A stretch of DNA of 50,948 nt, from positions 1 through 50,948 of the forward strand of contig CAZBFH010000003.1 of the NCBI GenBank assembly GCA_964491185.1, read 5' to 3'. Made by a program: the position numbers and the translations under genes. The stretch is from an uncultured Gammaproteobacteria bacterium (GTDB taxonomy: Bacteria > Patescibacteriota > Microgenomatia > Levybacterales > UBA12049). Below are positions 29,154 through 38,711 of this stretch, piece after piece (positions within the stretch are counted from its first letter, which is position 1; every line of letters starts with the position of its first letter). The notes beneath the pieces are model-generated. The model was given only the letters and a program-made list of their open reading frames with translations. It did no database searches and was not told the origin of the DNA.

Positions 29154-30899
29154 TTATTTTTCAATTAGGGAAAATAGGACTTCTTGGGGAATATAAACTT
29201 TTCCGGTTTCGGTCATTCTTTCTTTTCCTTTTTTCTGTTTTTCCAAAAGCATTTTCTTTCGAGTAACATCTCCTCCACCAACTACCTTACTACCATGCAT
29301 CAAAACATCTTTTTTGTAAGCAGAAATTTCTTCGCGGGCAATTATATTTCCACCGATTATAGCTTGGATGACTTGCCTAAATTGCTGACGTGGTAGCTTC
29401 TCCTTTAACTTCTCTGCTTTTTCTCGCGCTATATAAGGAGCTTCATCTCGATAAGCATATTCACTTAATACATCTACCGGAACATCATTAATTCTAATTT
29501 CTATATTTACAAGATCTGCTGGTCTATAGTCTGAAATTTCATAATCTATACTGGCATATCCAGAAGTGGCAGATTTTAAATCTGATGACAAACCGCGAAC
29601 AAGCATAGAGTACGGCATATCATATTTTAAAATCGCGCTATTTTGAAAATACGTAACATCAAGCATATTTCCTTTTCTTTGTTGGCAAATTGAAATCACA
29701 CTTCCCACGAAACTAGATGGCACAAAAATAGTTAAATTCATATAAGGCTCAAGCATTTGGTCATTTTCTTTTTTCTCATAAAGAACTTGAGGAGAAGTCA
29801 AAAATAAGTCCACATTTTCTTCTTCTTTTAATCTTTGCCTAACGATGTCTGCATGCAAAAGTCCCAAAAATCCAACACGAAATCCATTTCCTAAAAATGA
29901 GGAATATTCAGTAGCGATAGTAATAGAAGTATCATTAAGTGCGTATTTATTTAAACCTTCTTTTAAGTTTACTAATTCATCAGTTGTTTTCGGATAAACC
30001 CCAAAGAAAACCATTGGCTGTGGTTTTTTATATCCTGGAAGAGGATTCACCCCTGCTGAAACTAAGCAAACAGTGTCTCCCACTTGCGTTTCATGAATAT
30101 CTTTAATCCCAGTTACTATGTAACCAATCTCTCCAGCGATTAGCTCATTTCGAGGGGTCATTAACGGCGTAAAACATCCGATTTCTCCGGCATTTGTAGT
30201 TTTTTCACTTTGGAAAAAAGTAATTTTCCCATTTTTAGGAAGCGTTCCATCTACTACTCGAACATAGACGATTACTCCCCTATGCTCATCATATAAAGCA
30301 TCAAATATTAAAGCTCTAAGCGGAGAATCAGTCAATCCTTTGGGTGGTGGAATCTTTTCAACAACTGCTTTTAAAAGCTCTTGAACATTCTGTCCTGTTT
30401 TCGCTGAAATATAAATTACTTCTTCTTTGTTTATGTCAAAGATTTCTTCAAGCTCTTTTACAACTTCTTCAGTTTTTGAACTTTGAAGATCAATTTTATT
30501 TATTACAGGAATGATAGTTAAGCCTTCTTTTTTTGCTGCAAAAAAATGCGCTACGGTTTGGGCCTGAACTCCTTGAGTAGCGTCCACTAGTAGGATCGCT
30601 CCTTCACAAGCAGCTAAAGTGCGACTTACTTCATAAGAAAAATCAACGTGACCTGGAGTATCTATTAAATTTAATACGTAATCTTTATCATTCAAATGAT
30701 AATTCATCCTAACTGGCGCTAGTTTTATAGTTATCCCTCTAGCTTTTTCAATTGGATTTGTATCAAGGTATTGCTCGCCAATTTTACTTAGAGTCATGGT
30801 TTTCGTTAATTCTAAAAATCTATCAGCGAGTGTTGATTTCCCATGATCCACGTGAGCGATGATTGCGAAATTTCTAATATTTGAATTCATAAGCTGCAA
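29154..30899 (-). CDS. lepA: translation elongation factor 4 (LepA)
   Basis: 581 aa. It has the G1 motif AHVDHGKST, DTPGHVDF and NKID, plus the LepA-specific C-terminal domain. The start could instead be the ATG at 30890. Confidence 0.95.
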   Translation of the reverse strand: MQLMNSNIRNFAIIAHVDHGKSTLADRFLELTKTMTLSKIGEQYLDTNPIEKARGITIKLAPVRMNYHLNDKDYVLNLIDTPGHVDFSYEVSRTLAACEGAILLVDATQGVQAQTVAHFFAAKKEGLTIIPVINKIDLQSSKTEEVVKELEEIFDINKEEVIYISAKTGQNVQELLKAVVEKIPPPKGLTDSPLRALIFDALYDEHRGVIVYVRVVDGTLPKNGKITFFQSEKTTNAGEIGCFTPLMTPRNELIAGEIGYIVTGIKDIHETQVGDTVCLVSAGVNPLPGYKKPQPMVFFGVYPKTTDELVNLKEGLNKYALNDTSITIATEYSSFLGNGFRVGFLGLLHADIVRQRLKEEENVDLFLTSPQVLYEKKENDQMLEPYMNLTIFVPSSFVGSVISICQQRKGNMLDVTYFQNSAILKYDMPYSMLVRGLSSDLKSATSGYASIDYEISDYRPADLVNIEIRINDVPVDVLSEYAYRDEAPYIAREKAEKLKEKLPRQQFRQVIQAIIGGNIIAREEISAYKKDVLMHGSKVVGGGDVTRKKMLLEKQKKGKERMTETGKVYIPQEVLFSLIEK

Positions 30900-30927
30900 G
30901 TATAATTTGCCCGAAGATTAAAAGCAA

Positions 30928-32640
30928 TTATTGACTAGCCTTCACGTCAATAATTTTTTCACTTTTATCTACTATTTCTTTATAGCCACTTATCCTTCTA
31001 AACATATATAAGAATGTTTCCGCTTCTTTTACATTTAGAAGCCATGTTAAAAATAGATAAATTGAAAGCCCTGCAATACTTGAAATTCCCGTGAGAGCAA
31101 TTAGGTTAATTGTCTTGGTGGTATCAAAAACTAATTGATCTAAAAGTTTTATGGGAATATATAACGCAAAACCCATAAATATTACAGACAAAAATATTTT
31201 TAACTGAGGTAACCAAAAAGTTTTTAAATTAAAAATCTTAATTCTTCTGTTTAAGATATAAAGAAGAATTGAAAGATTTATTAATCCTCCAATTGAAGTT
31301 GCAAATGCAATTCCCTCAACCCCAGACGGAATTATTTTAAATCTTTCATATGTCTCTAGGGAGTTTGCAAAATTCGTATTCCAATACGTAACAAAAAAGA
31401 AACTTAAAGCGAGCATTACCACCGTAGAAAAAGCTCCAACAATTAAAGGACTTTTTGTATCGTGTAATGCATAAAAGGCACGGGAAACTAAATAAATTAA
31501 AGCCTGCGCGAAAATTGCGAACGCAAAAAACGCTAATGTTCTTCCAGTTAAAACGGTTGCTTCCCAATCAAATCTTGCAGCTCCAAAAATAAGTCTGACA
31601 ATTGGAATACGAAGTACTATAAATAGTACAGATACCGGGAGAACTAAATAAAGCATTTGATTAAAACTTGTTAGAAAAGTTGTTCTAAAAATATCTAGCC
31701 TATCTTTCTCTCGAGATAAAACAGGAAATGCGGCCTGCGCAATTGATTGTCCAAACAAAACGATGGGTGCAAATGCTAATGTTTGAGCAAAATCTAAAAT
31801 AACATAATTTCTTCCAGCAGAAGGAAGAAATGAAATCAAGGAAACAGTAATAATAGTCCCTATTTGAAAAATAAACAGAGATAAGGTTCTTGGCCAGATA
31901 AGCTTTATTACTTCTTTTACTCCAGCTGTTTCTAGGGAAAGCGTCGGATGAAACGAAAAATGCACTTTTCTAATTAAAGGAATTTGAAAAAGTGCATATG
32001 CTAGTGCTCCAAAAATAACTCCAATTGCAGGTGCATAAATTCCAATCTTATCCGAGAATAATAGAATTCCTATAATTATTCCTAAATTATAAAGTGCAGC
32101 AGCAATTCCAGGAATAAAAAAATGATTATGCGATTGAAGAATTGCAGAAAAAAATGTAGCTACTAAAAAAATTATTTGTCCAAAAATAATTATCCTCATG
32201 AGGTTTGTCATTAGTGTCATCTGATGCGGTGGATATCCTGAACCTAAATTAAAAAGCTGGAGAAAAACTGGCGCAAAAATAAATAGAATTACTGAAACTA
32301 CACCAAAGAACGCAAATCCTAACAGCATTAGCGTAGACGCCATCTTATTCGCTTCTTCTTCTCGTCCTTTATGCAAGAGATTGGCGAATACTGGAATAAA
32401 TGCTGAAGACAAAGCGCCGGCAATAATTAATTGAAACAGAAAATCAGGAAGCTTTGAAGAGACCAAATAAACTCCTAATGTATCCGACGCTCCAAAAATT
32501 CCCGCCAATAAACGCTGCCTAAAAAGGCCTAACACTTGAGAAAAAATAACAGTTGCCATTAAAACCAAAGCAGCTGAAAGGATGTTTGTTTGTTTTTTTA
32601 AAAGAAGAGAAAGACCTTTTTGGAAAAAATGTAAAGGCAT
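30928..32640 (-). CDS. murJ: lipid II flippase MurJ (MviN family)
   Basis: 570 aa with about 14 TM helices. The N-terminal segment ...SQVLGLFRQRLLAGIFGAS...LPDFLFQL...GALSSAFIPVF is typical of MurJ. Confidence 0.85.
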   Translation of the reverse strand: MPLHFFQKGLSLLLKKQTNILSAALVLMATVIFSQVLGLFRQRLLAGIFGASDTLGVYLVSSKLPDFLFQLIIAGALSSAFIPVFANLLHKGREEEANKMASTLMLLGFAFFGVVSVILFIFAPVFLQLFNLGSGYPPHQMTLMTNLMRIIIFGQIIFLVATFFSAILQSHNHFFIPGIAAALYNLGIIIGILLFSDKIGIYAPAIGVIFGALAYALFQIPLIRKVHFSFHPTLSLETAGVKEVIKLIWPRTLSLFIFQIGTIITVSLISFLPSAGRNYVILDFAQTLAFAPIVLFGQSIAQAAFPVLSREKDRLDIFRTTFLTSFNQMLYLVLPVSVLFIVLRIPIVRLIFGAARFDWEATVLTGRTLAFFAFAIFAQALIYLVSRAFYALHDTKSPLIVGAFSTVVMLALSFFFVTYWNTNFANSLETYERFKIIPSGVEGIAFATSIGGLINLSILLYILNRRIKIFNLKTFWLPQLKIFLSVIFMGFALYIPIKLLDQLVFDTTKTINLIALTGISSIAGLSIYLFLTWLLNVKEAETFLYMFRRISGYKEIVDKSEKIIDVKASQ

Positions 32641-32657
32641 AAAAAGAGCAAATTAGC

Positions 32658-32686
32658 TTGCGAATATCAGTATATCATGCTAAAAT
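32658..32686 (+). promoter_or_regulatory. sigma70-like promoter of rpsT, positioned for a leaderless or near-leaderless mRNA
   Basis: TTGCGA (32658-32663), a 17-nt spacer, then TAAAAT (32681-32686). Only 6 nt (GCGTGC) separate the -10 element from the ATG at 32693. Confidence 0.55.
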
Positions 32687-32692
32687 GCGTGC

Positions 32693-32968
32693 ATGCCAGT
32701 AACAAAACAGGCCAGAAAAAAACTTAGACAGGACATAAAAAGAGAAAAAAAGAACAGAGATTTAAAATCAAAATTCAAAAAAACTCTTAAAGATACTAGA
32801 ACTAGTCCTACAGCAAAAAAACTTTCAGAAGCCGCAAAGGTGATTGATAAGGCTGCAAAGAAAAATGTAATACATAAAAATAAAGCTGCTAGACTTAAGT
32901 CTAGACTTGCTAAATTATCAGGCTCAAAAGCCACCAACAAGCCAACCCCAGAAAAAAAGAAAAAATAG
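32693..32968 (+). CDS. rpsT: 30S ribosomal protein bS20
   Basis: 91 aa and highly basic. The N-terminal K.ARK...Q..KR...N pattern and overall composition are typical of S20. Confidence 0.9.
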   Translation: MPVTKQARKKLRQDIKREKKNRDLKSKFKKTLKDTRTSPTAKKLSEAAKVIDKAAKKNVIHKNKAARLKSRLAKLSGSKATNKPTPEKKKK

Positions 32969-33027
32969 TCTCAGTTAACCTCATTTTACTTTACAAAATA
33001 TTAAAAAACCCATAGACTTAAAATGGC

Positions 33028-33567
33028 ATGCAATCTTCTGCCTCTATCAATCTAATCAAGAGTAAATCTAACGTTATCGATGATATCCTGAGATGGGCTT
33101 TGAGCGTTGGCAGACTTCTCATAATCCTAACTGAAATAGTGGCTTTCTCCACTTTTATATATAGATTCACTCTCGACAGAACCTTAATTGATTTACACGA
33201 CAACATAAGAGATAAGCAAGCAATCGTTGCAAGCCTTAAAGACAGAGAATTAACTTATCGAAATCTCCAGGGTAGATTAAATGATGCTGCTCAGATCACA
33301 ACCAGTGGAAATAAAAATGTAAAGATTTTAAACGACTTGATAGAAGCGACTCCACCTGACATTACCTATAATTCATTTGAAATTGGTGAAAATATAGTAT
33401 CGATTGATTCAAATATTCAATCTATCTCTTCGCTAACAAATTTCCTTGCAATCATAAGAGACTATCCAGAAACTAGCTCTGTAACAATTGACAGAATCGA
33501 TAATCAATCACTTACAAATTCCGTAAATGTCTTGATAACAATCAAACTAAAGGAGGCGAACCCATGA
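33028..33567 (+). CDS. PilN-like type IV pilus assembly (alignment complex) protein
   Basis: 179 aa. It has a short N-terminal INL motif (SINLIKSK), one TM helix, a coiled-coil segment and a C-terminal ferredoxin-like region, which is the PilN architecture. Confidence 0.5.
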   Translation: MQSSASINLIKSKSNVIDDILRWALSVGRLLIILTEIVAFSTFIYRFTLDRTLIDLHDNIRDKQAIVASLKDRELTYRNLQGRLNDAAQITTSGNKNVKILNDLIEATPPDITYNSFEIGENIVSIDSNIQSISSLTNFLAIIRDYPETSSVTIDRIDNQSLTNSVNVLITIKLKEANP

Positions 33568-34163
33568 AGAAAGTATTTAAAGGGATAAAATACGAAAAAT
33601 ATTATAAAGATATTCTTCCTTATCTAAAGAAACAAAAAAATCAGGAATATTTCATGGCTATCCTAACGCTAGGAGCAATCATATTTTTTGCTCTTTTTGC
33701 AATTAATCCTACAATTTCAACAATTGCAAAACTAAGAAAAGAAGTTCAAGATAGCAAGTTTGTAGATAAAGCACTTGACGAAAAAATTAATAACCTATCA
33801 TCCCTTATCACTGAGTATTCCGTAATCCAAAAAGATTTGCCTTTTGTTCTAGATGCAATTCCTAAGAATCCTCAAGCACCAACTCTTGTTGGACAAATTC
33901 AAACTATCGCTCAAAACTCAAATGTCGTTATTGAAGACCTTGATATCTCAGAAGTAGGGCTTACCAATAAAGACGCATCAACAAGTGCTAAATTTAGCTT
34001 TAGCTTAACTGGAACCTCAACCTATGAGAATATTAAAGTGTTCGTAGATGATTTAATCACCATGCAAAGAATAGTTTCACTGGAATCAGTTACATTGACC
34101 AAGAATTCTGATTCAGAGAGTATTCAGCTTGATTTAAAGGGATCAGCCTATTACAAAGATTAA
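33564..34163 (+). CDS. PilO-like type IV pilus assembly protein
   Basis: 199 aa. It has one TM helix, a coiled coil (KLRKEVQDSKFVDKALDEKINNL) and then an alpha/beta domain. It overlaps the PilN-like gene by 4 nt. Confidence 0.45.
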   Translation: MKKVFKGIKYEKYYKDILPYLKKQKNQEYFMAILTLGAIIFFALFAINPTISTIAKLRKEVQDSKFVDKALDEKINNLSSLITEYSVIQKDLPFVLDAIPKNPQAPTLVGQIQTIAQNSNVVIEDLDISEVGLTNKDASTSAKFSFSLTGTSTYENIKVFVDDLITMQRIVSLESVTLTKNSDSESIQLDLKGSAYYKD

Positions 34164-34481
34164 ATGAAACAAAAAGATTTATTAATATTGCTAGTACCCA
34201 TGTTTTTAGTTACGATCCTTTGGGTAATATTTAACATTTACCACAACTATGTGACCTCTACTATCGTTGACCCATTAACCGTGCAAATAGTCCCAATCGA
34301 TGGAAAATTTAACAAGACTTCACTTGAGAGCATAAAAGACAGAAAGAGATTGGAGCCCCTATTTACAGCTCCTTTAATCGATGAGGAAGTCTCCCCAGCT
34401 CTTTCCCCATCTCCTACCCCTACGATTCAAATAACACAAAGCGCAAGTCCTTCCGCTTCGGAAGTTATAAACAATCCGTAA
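34164..34481 (+). CDS. small single-pass membrane protein with S/P/T-rich tail
   Basis: 105 aa. An N-terminal TM helix is followed by a C-terminal SPALSPSPTPT...SASPSAS tail. It abuts the upstream gene with no gap. Confidence 0.45.
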   Translation: MKQKDLLILLVPMFLVTILWVIFNIYHNYVTSTIVDPLTVQIVPIDGKFNKTSLESIKDRKRLEPLFTAPLIDEEVSPALSPSPTPTIQITQSASPSASEVINNP

Positions 34482-34483
34482 CT

Positions 34484-35809
34484 ATGAACAACCTATGGAG
34501 CAAGAAAATCCCAACCCTAATAGGACTAATATTAATTACAATCGGAACTGTTATAACCACTTTTTTGGTCAGAGGAGATACAATTTTTCAAATTAGAGCA
34601 AATCCCAGCGAAGATCCAAAAAATATAAAAATTACCAATGTATCCGAAGAAGCATTTACCATCACCTACATAACAGACGATAAAGTAGTAGGATCTGTTA
34701 ATTACGGCGTTGATCCAAAAAATCTAGACGGGATTTCTCTAGATGACAGAGACCAGTTGTCGCAAAAAATTAATAAATACAACTCCCACTCCATTACAGT
34801 AAGAAATTTAGATCCAAACACTAAATATTATTTTAGTATTACATCTGGATCTAAAAAATATTTAGATACAGATGTTGAATTTGAAGCTACCACAAAAGGA
34901 GAAGTCTCAAGCAGTCCATCCACACAAATTCCAATCAGTGGAAAAGTTATTTTACCTGATGGAACATCACCAAATGATGGACTTGTGTATTTAAAAATTA
35001 ATGATGCGCAACTAACCTCAACACTTTTAAAAGAAGGTGGCACATACACAATTCCTCTCAATACGCTTAGAAAGGCGGATGAGGATGAATATCTTGAAAT
35101 TAATGACAATACTATTATTAATATAGATATTTTCTCTAGCGGATTATTCTCTTCTGTAAGTGTAACTCCAAATGAGATTAGCCCTGTTCCTTTAGTGACT
35201 ATTTCTGGAAGCTATAATTTTTCGGATTCAGTCGATAAGAGAAATGAAGCAGTAGCTCAATCCGAAGGCTTCCCTTCTTTTGGAAATATTTCCAAAATTA
35301 AAGACGATCCAAAAATTCTTACTCCATCATCCAATGAAACACTCAATGAATCTCAACCGACATTTGAAGGAACTGCGGAACCAAATGAAACGGTTGAAAT
35401 TGAAATTCACTCTAATGAAAATATAAAAACTCAAGTAGTGGCTGATGAAAATGGCAGCTGGGAATATACTCCTTCAGAAAATCTCTCTCCCGGAAATCAT
35501 ACAATTACAATCATCACAAAAAATAAAGATGGGATCTTAAAAACAATTACTAGAAATTTTATAGTTTATGCAGATGGCGGAATTTCCCCAACCATTACTC
35601 AACAACCCTCAGCAACCAGCCCTACATCTACACCAACTCAAACTCCAACTCATACTCCAACGCCATCAATTATTACAGCTATTAGCCCTGCTCCAACTCT
35701 TCCTCCAACAGGAAATTCTTCTGTTATAATTGCTAGTATTATTGGTTTCACTGCCGCAATCTCTGGAATAATAATATTTTTTCTATCTCGAGGAAAAAGT
35801 TATATATGA
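34484..35809 (+). CDS. LPXTG-type (LPPTG) sortase-anchored surface protein with FN3-like and Ig-like domains
   Basis: 441 aa with an N-terminal signal/TM helix. The FN3-like block runs ITNVSEEAFTITYIT...HSITVRNLDPNTKYYFSITS, and the Ig-like block runs ILTPSSNETL..PTFEGTAEPNETVEIEI...NGSWEYTP..LSPGNHTITI. A T/P/S-rich linker precedes LPPTG (nt 35699-35713), a 24-residue hydrophobic segment and an SRGK tail. Confidence 0.75.
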   Translation: MNNLWSKKIPTLIGLILITIGTVITTFLVRGDTIFQIRANPSEDPKNIKITNVSEEAFTITYITDDKVVGSVNYGVDPKNLDGISLDDRDQLSQKINKYNSHSITVRNLDPNTKYYFSITSGSKKYLDTDVEFEATTKGEVSSSPSTQIPISGKVILPDGTSPNDGLVYLKINDAQLTSTLLKEGGTYTIPLNTLRKADEDEYLEINDNTIINIDIFSSGLFSSVSVTPNEISPVPLVTISGSYNFSDSVDKRNEAVAQSEGFPSFGNISKIKDDPKILTPSSNETLNESQPTFEGTAEPNETVEIEIHSNENIKTQVVADENGSWEYTPSENLSPGNHTITIITKNKDGILKTITRNFIVYADGGISPTITQQPSATSPTSTPTQTPTHTPTPSIITAISPAPTLPPTGNSSVIIASIIGFTAAISGIIIFFLSRGKSYI

Positions 35810-37074
35810 AAATTGGAATTATTGGCGCTGGATTCACGGGACTCTCAGCAGCATACTATTTATTAAAAGAGGGACACGACGTTACAGTTTTTGAAAAAGA
35901 TGAAGTTCCTGGTGGTCTCGCTCTTGGATTTAAAGAAAAAGTCTGGAACTGGACACTTGAAAAGCACTATCACCACTGGTTTACAAACGATAAAAGTGTT
36001 CTGGATTTGGCGAAAGAAATAAATCACGATGTCCTCATAAAAAGACCTATAACTTCTGTATTCTTAGATGATGGGAAAATTTACCAGCTCGATTCGCCAA
36101 TTGCGGTATTAAAATTTGCAAAACTATCAATCATTGAAAGAATCAGAATGGCTGCAGTTCTTGGACTGTTTTTCAAATATAATCCCCTTTGGAAACCTCT
36201 TGAAAGAATAAACGCTGAACCATTTCTTAAATCTTCCATGGGAAAGAAAACATATGAACTTATTTGGGAACCTCAGCTATTCAGTAAGTTTGGAAAATAC
36301 AAAAATGACGTATCTTTAGCATGGTTTTGGGCGAGAGTTCACAAAAGAACTACAAAACTCGCCTATCCTAAAGGTGGATTTTTGGATTTCGCTAACCATC
36401 TAGTAGATGAGATTGAGAAAAAAGGAGGAAAAGTACTACTTAAATCAGGAGTCGAGAAAATTGAAAGCAACGAAAAGGTAATTATAAAATCTGATGGTAA
36501 AAAGTATGAATTCGATAAAGTGATAGTTACTCTTCCGTCTTTCTATTTCTCAAAAATTGCAGATCTTCCAGAAAGCTATTTAAATAAAATGGCAAATTTA
36601 AAAGGGCTTGGCGCAATCAATCTAGTTTTAAGACTCAAAGAACCTTTCTTTAAAGATTCAACCTATTGGCTTAGTGTTTGCGATAAACAAGCTCCAATCC
36701 TAGCAGTTGTTGAACATACAAATTTCATGGATAAGAAAAATTATAACAATGAGAGCCTTGTTTATTTAGGAAACTATTTGCCCTCAGATCATCCTTATTT
36801 TTCTGCAAATAAAGAGGATATATTAAAAAAGTATGATCCATTTCTAAAAAAATTAAACCCTAACTACAAGAAGAGCTTAATTGACTTTGAGGCATTTAAA
36901 GCTCCTTTCGCTCAACCAATAATTCCAGTCAATTATTCAAAAATGATTCCACCAATTGAAACCCCATTGGAAAATGTGTACTTAGCAAATATTCAACAGG
37001 TATACCCTTGGGATAGAGGAACAAACTACGCTGTTGAACTCGGAAAAAAAGTAGCAGATCTAATAAGCAAATAA
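35806..37074 (+). CDS. FAD/NAD(P)-binding oxidoreductase (amine oxidase / protoporphyrinogen oxidase-like superfamily)
   Basis: 422 aa. It starts with the N-terminal dinucleotide-binding motif MKIGIIGAGFTGLSAAYYL...V.VFEK....GGLA. It overlaps the LPPTG-protein gene by 4 nt. Confidence 0.7.
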   Translation: MKIGIIGAGFTGLSAAYYLLKEGHDVTVFEKDEVPGGLALGFKEKVWNWTLEKHYHHWFTNDKSVLDLAKEINHDVLIKRPITSVFLDDGKIYQLDSPIAVLKFAKLSIIERIRMAAVLGLFFKYNPLWKPLERINAEPFLKSSMGKKTYELIWEPQLFSKFGKYKNDVSLAWFWARVHKRTTKLAYPKGGFLDFANHLVDEIEKKGGKVLLKSGVEKIESNEKVIIKSDGKKYEFDKVIVTLPSFYFSKIADLPESYLNKMANLKGLGAINLVLRLKEPFFKDSTYWLSVCDKQAPILAVVEHTNFMDKKNYNNESLVYLGNYLPSDHPYFSANKEDILKKYDPFLKKLNPNYKKSLIDFEAFKAPFAQPIIPVNYSKMIPPIETPLENVYLANIQQVYPWDRGTNYAVELGKKVADLISK

Positions 37075-38711
37075 TGAGATTAAAAAATCTTATTAATAAT
37101 TACACTCCTGAAATCATAGCACTCGTAATTGGATCTGCTTTCGGGTTTTTATTATTTTTTTCGACCTTCTATGAAAAAAATGACAAAATTTTTATTGCCT
37201 CTAAAGCTTGGAGCGACTTTGCGAGCCATATCCCATTAATAAGATCTTTTTCTTTAGGCTCCAACTTTCCTCCGCAGTTTCCTTTATTTCCTGGAGAACC
37301 AATAAAATATCATTTTATTTTCTACTACCTTGTTGGACTTTTTGAAAAAGCTGGTCTTAATATCGGATTGGCATTAAACATTTTCTCATTTTTAGGCTTT
37401 GTTTTGTTAATATTCATGATCTATTTCTTTGCGAAAGAAATTTTTAAATCAAAATCGGTAGGAATTTTAAGTATTATTTTTTTTCTTTTTAACTCTTCAC
37501 TTTCATATGTATATTTTTTCAAAAAATATCCACTCTCAATTAATTCATTTAATCAAATAATAAAAAATACAGATTTTCTTTCTTTCGCCCCATATGGTGA
37601 CGGAATTATTTCAGCTTTTTGGAATCTAAACATCTACACAAATCAAAGACACTTAGCTCTATCGCTTGGATTATCAATTCTTATTATTTATTTTGCGATA
37701 AAACCACTTATTAAAAAAGGGGCCCAAAAAATATGGATACACCCATTACTGGGAATTATCTTAGGCCTCAGTTTTTATCTTCATACAGCAGTATTCTTAA
37801 TGACATTAATAATTTTTGTAGCATTCTTAGTTCAATTAAAAGGGCTTAGAAAAAATATTTTTATTTTACTTGTATTTGCAGCTTTATTCTCTTTGCCTCA
37901 ATATCTTTACCTAAGTTCGTCAACAGGCTTCTCGCCACATATTCAATTTGGATATTTAATTTCGGGAGATTTAAATTTAATAAATATTTTTGAGTTTTGG
38001 ATTTACAATTTAGGAATAAGTATAATTCTAATTCCTCTTGGTTTCTTTTTTGCAAACAAACTTCAAAAGAAAATATTCTTAGCATTTTTTATGCTTTTTA
38101 TTGTAGGGAATACGATTCAATTTTCTCCTGAAATCGCAGCAAATCATAAATTCTTTAATTTATTTGTTATTTGTGGAAATATGTTTTCTGCCCTAGCAAT
38201 AATTAGTATTTTTAAAAAAAGATCCATTTCGTTAATTGTACCCGTATTAATTTTATTTATGATACTTGGAGGAATAATAGATTTATTTCCAATCATTAAC
38301 GATAGAAAATACGAATTAGATGATTATAAAATCAACAATGATGCAAATTGGATTTTAGAAAATACGGCAAATGATTCAGTCTTCTTAAACACTATATTTC
38401 TTTATAATCCAGCTTCCCTTGCTGGTAGGAAAATATTTCTTGGATGGCCATATTTTGCATGGTCGCAAGGATATGACACTTATAAAAGAGGGGATCTTGT
38501 AAGGAAAATGCTTGGCTCCACAAATAAATCGGAGGCGTGTAGTCTATTCTTGGAAAATAAAATTGACTGGGTAGAAATAAAAATACAAGATCCACCCGAT
38601 CCCAACATTCCACCGATATCAAGTCTTTACGAAGAAGAATTTACCAAAGCATATGAGAATATAAACAACAATTATTCTATCTATAGTGTACATAAGAACT
38701 GCGGATTATAA
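37074..38711 (+). CDS. large polytopic membrane protein, GT-C-like (family unassigned)
   Basis: 545 aa with about 12 TM helices and a C-terminal soluble domain. The early loop reads WSDFASHIPLIRSF..G.NFPPQFPLFPGEPIKYHF. It shares 1 nt with the upstream stop (TAATG). Confidence 0.5.
   Translation: MRLKNLINNYTPEIIALVIGSAFGFLLFFSTFYEKNDKIFIASKAWSDFASHIPLIRSFSLGSNFPPQFPLFPGEPIKYHFIFYYLVGLFEKAGLNIGLALNIFSFLGFVLLIFMIYFFAKEIFKSKSVGILSIIFFLFNSSLSYVYFFKKYPLSINSFNQIIKNTDFLSFAPYGDGIISAFWNLNIYTNQRHLALSLGLSILIIYFAIKPLIKKGAQKIWIHPLLGIILGLSFYLHTAVFLMTLIIFVAFLVQLKGLRKNIFILLVFAALFSLPQYLYLSSSTGFSPHIQFGYLISGDLNLINIFEFWIYNLGISIILIPLGFFFANKLQKKIFLAFFMLFIVGNTIQFSPEIAANHKFFNLFVICGNMFSALAIISIFKKRSISLIVPVLILFMILGGIIDLFPIINDRKYELDDYKINNDANWILENTANDSVFLNTIFLYNPASLAGRKIFLGWPYFAWSQGYDTYKRGDLVRKMLGSTNKSEACSLFLENKIDWVEIKIQDPPDPNIPPISSLYEEEFTKAYENINNNYSIYSVHKNCGL

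Noticed and set aside
32680-32940. An 86-aa minus-strand ORF lies opposite rpsT.
   Set aside because: The plus strand encodes a textbook basic S20 protein. The antisense product is a hydrophobic artefact of the Lys-codon-rich (AAA/AAG, read as TTT/CTT) complement.
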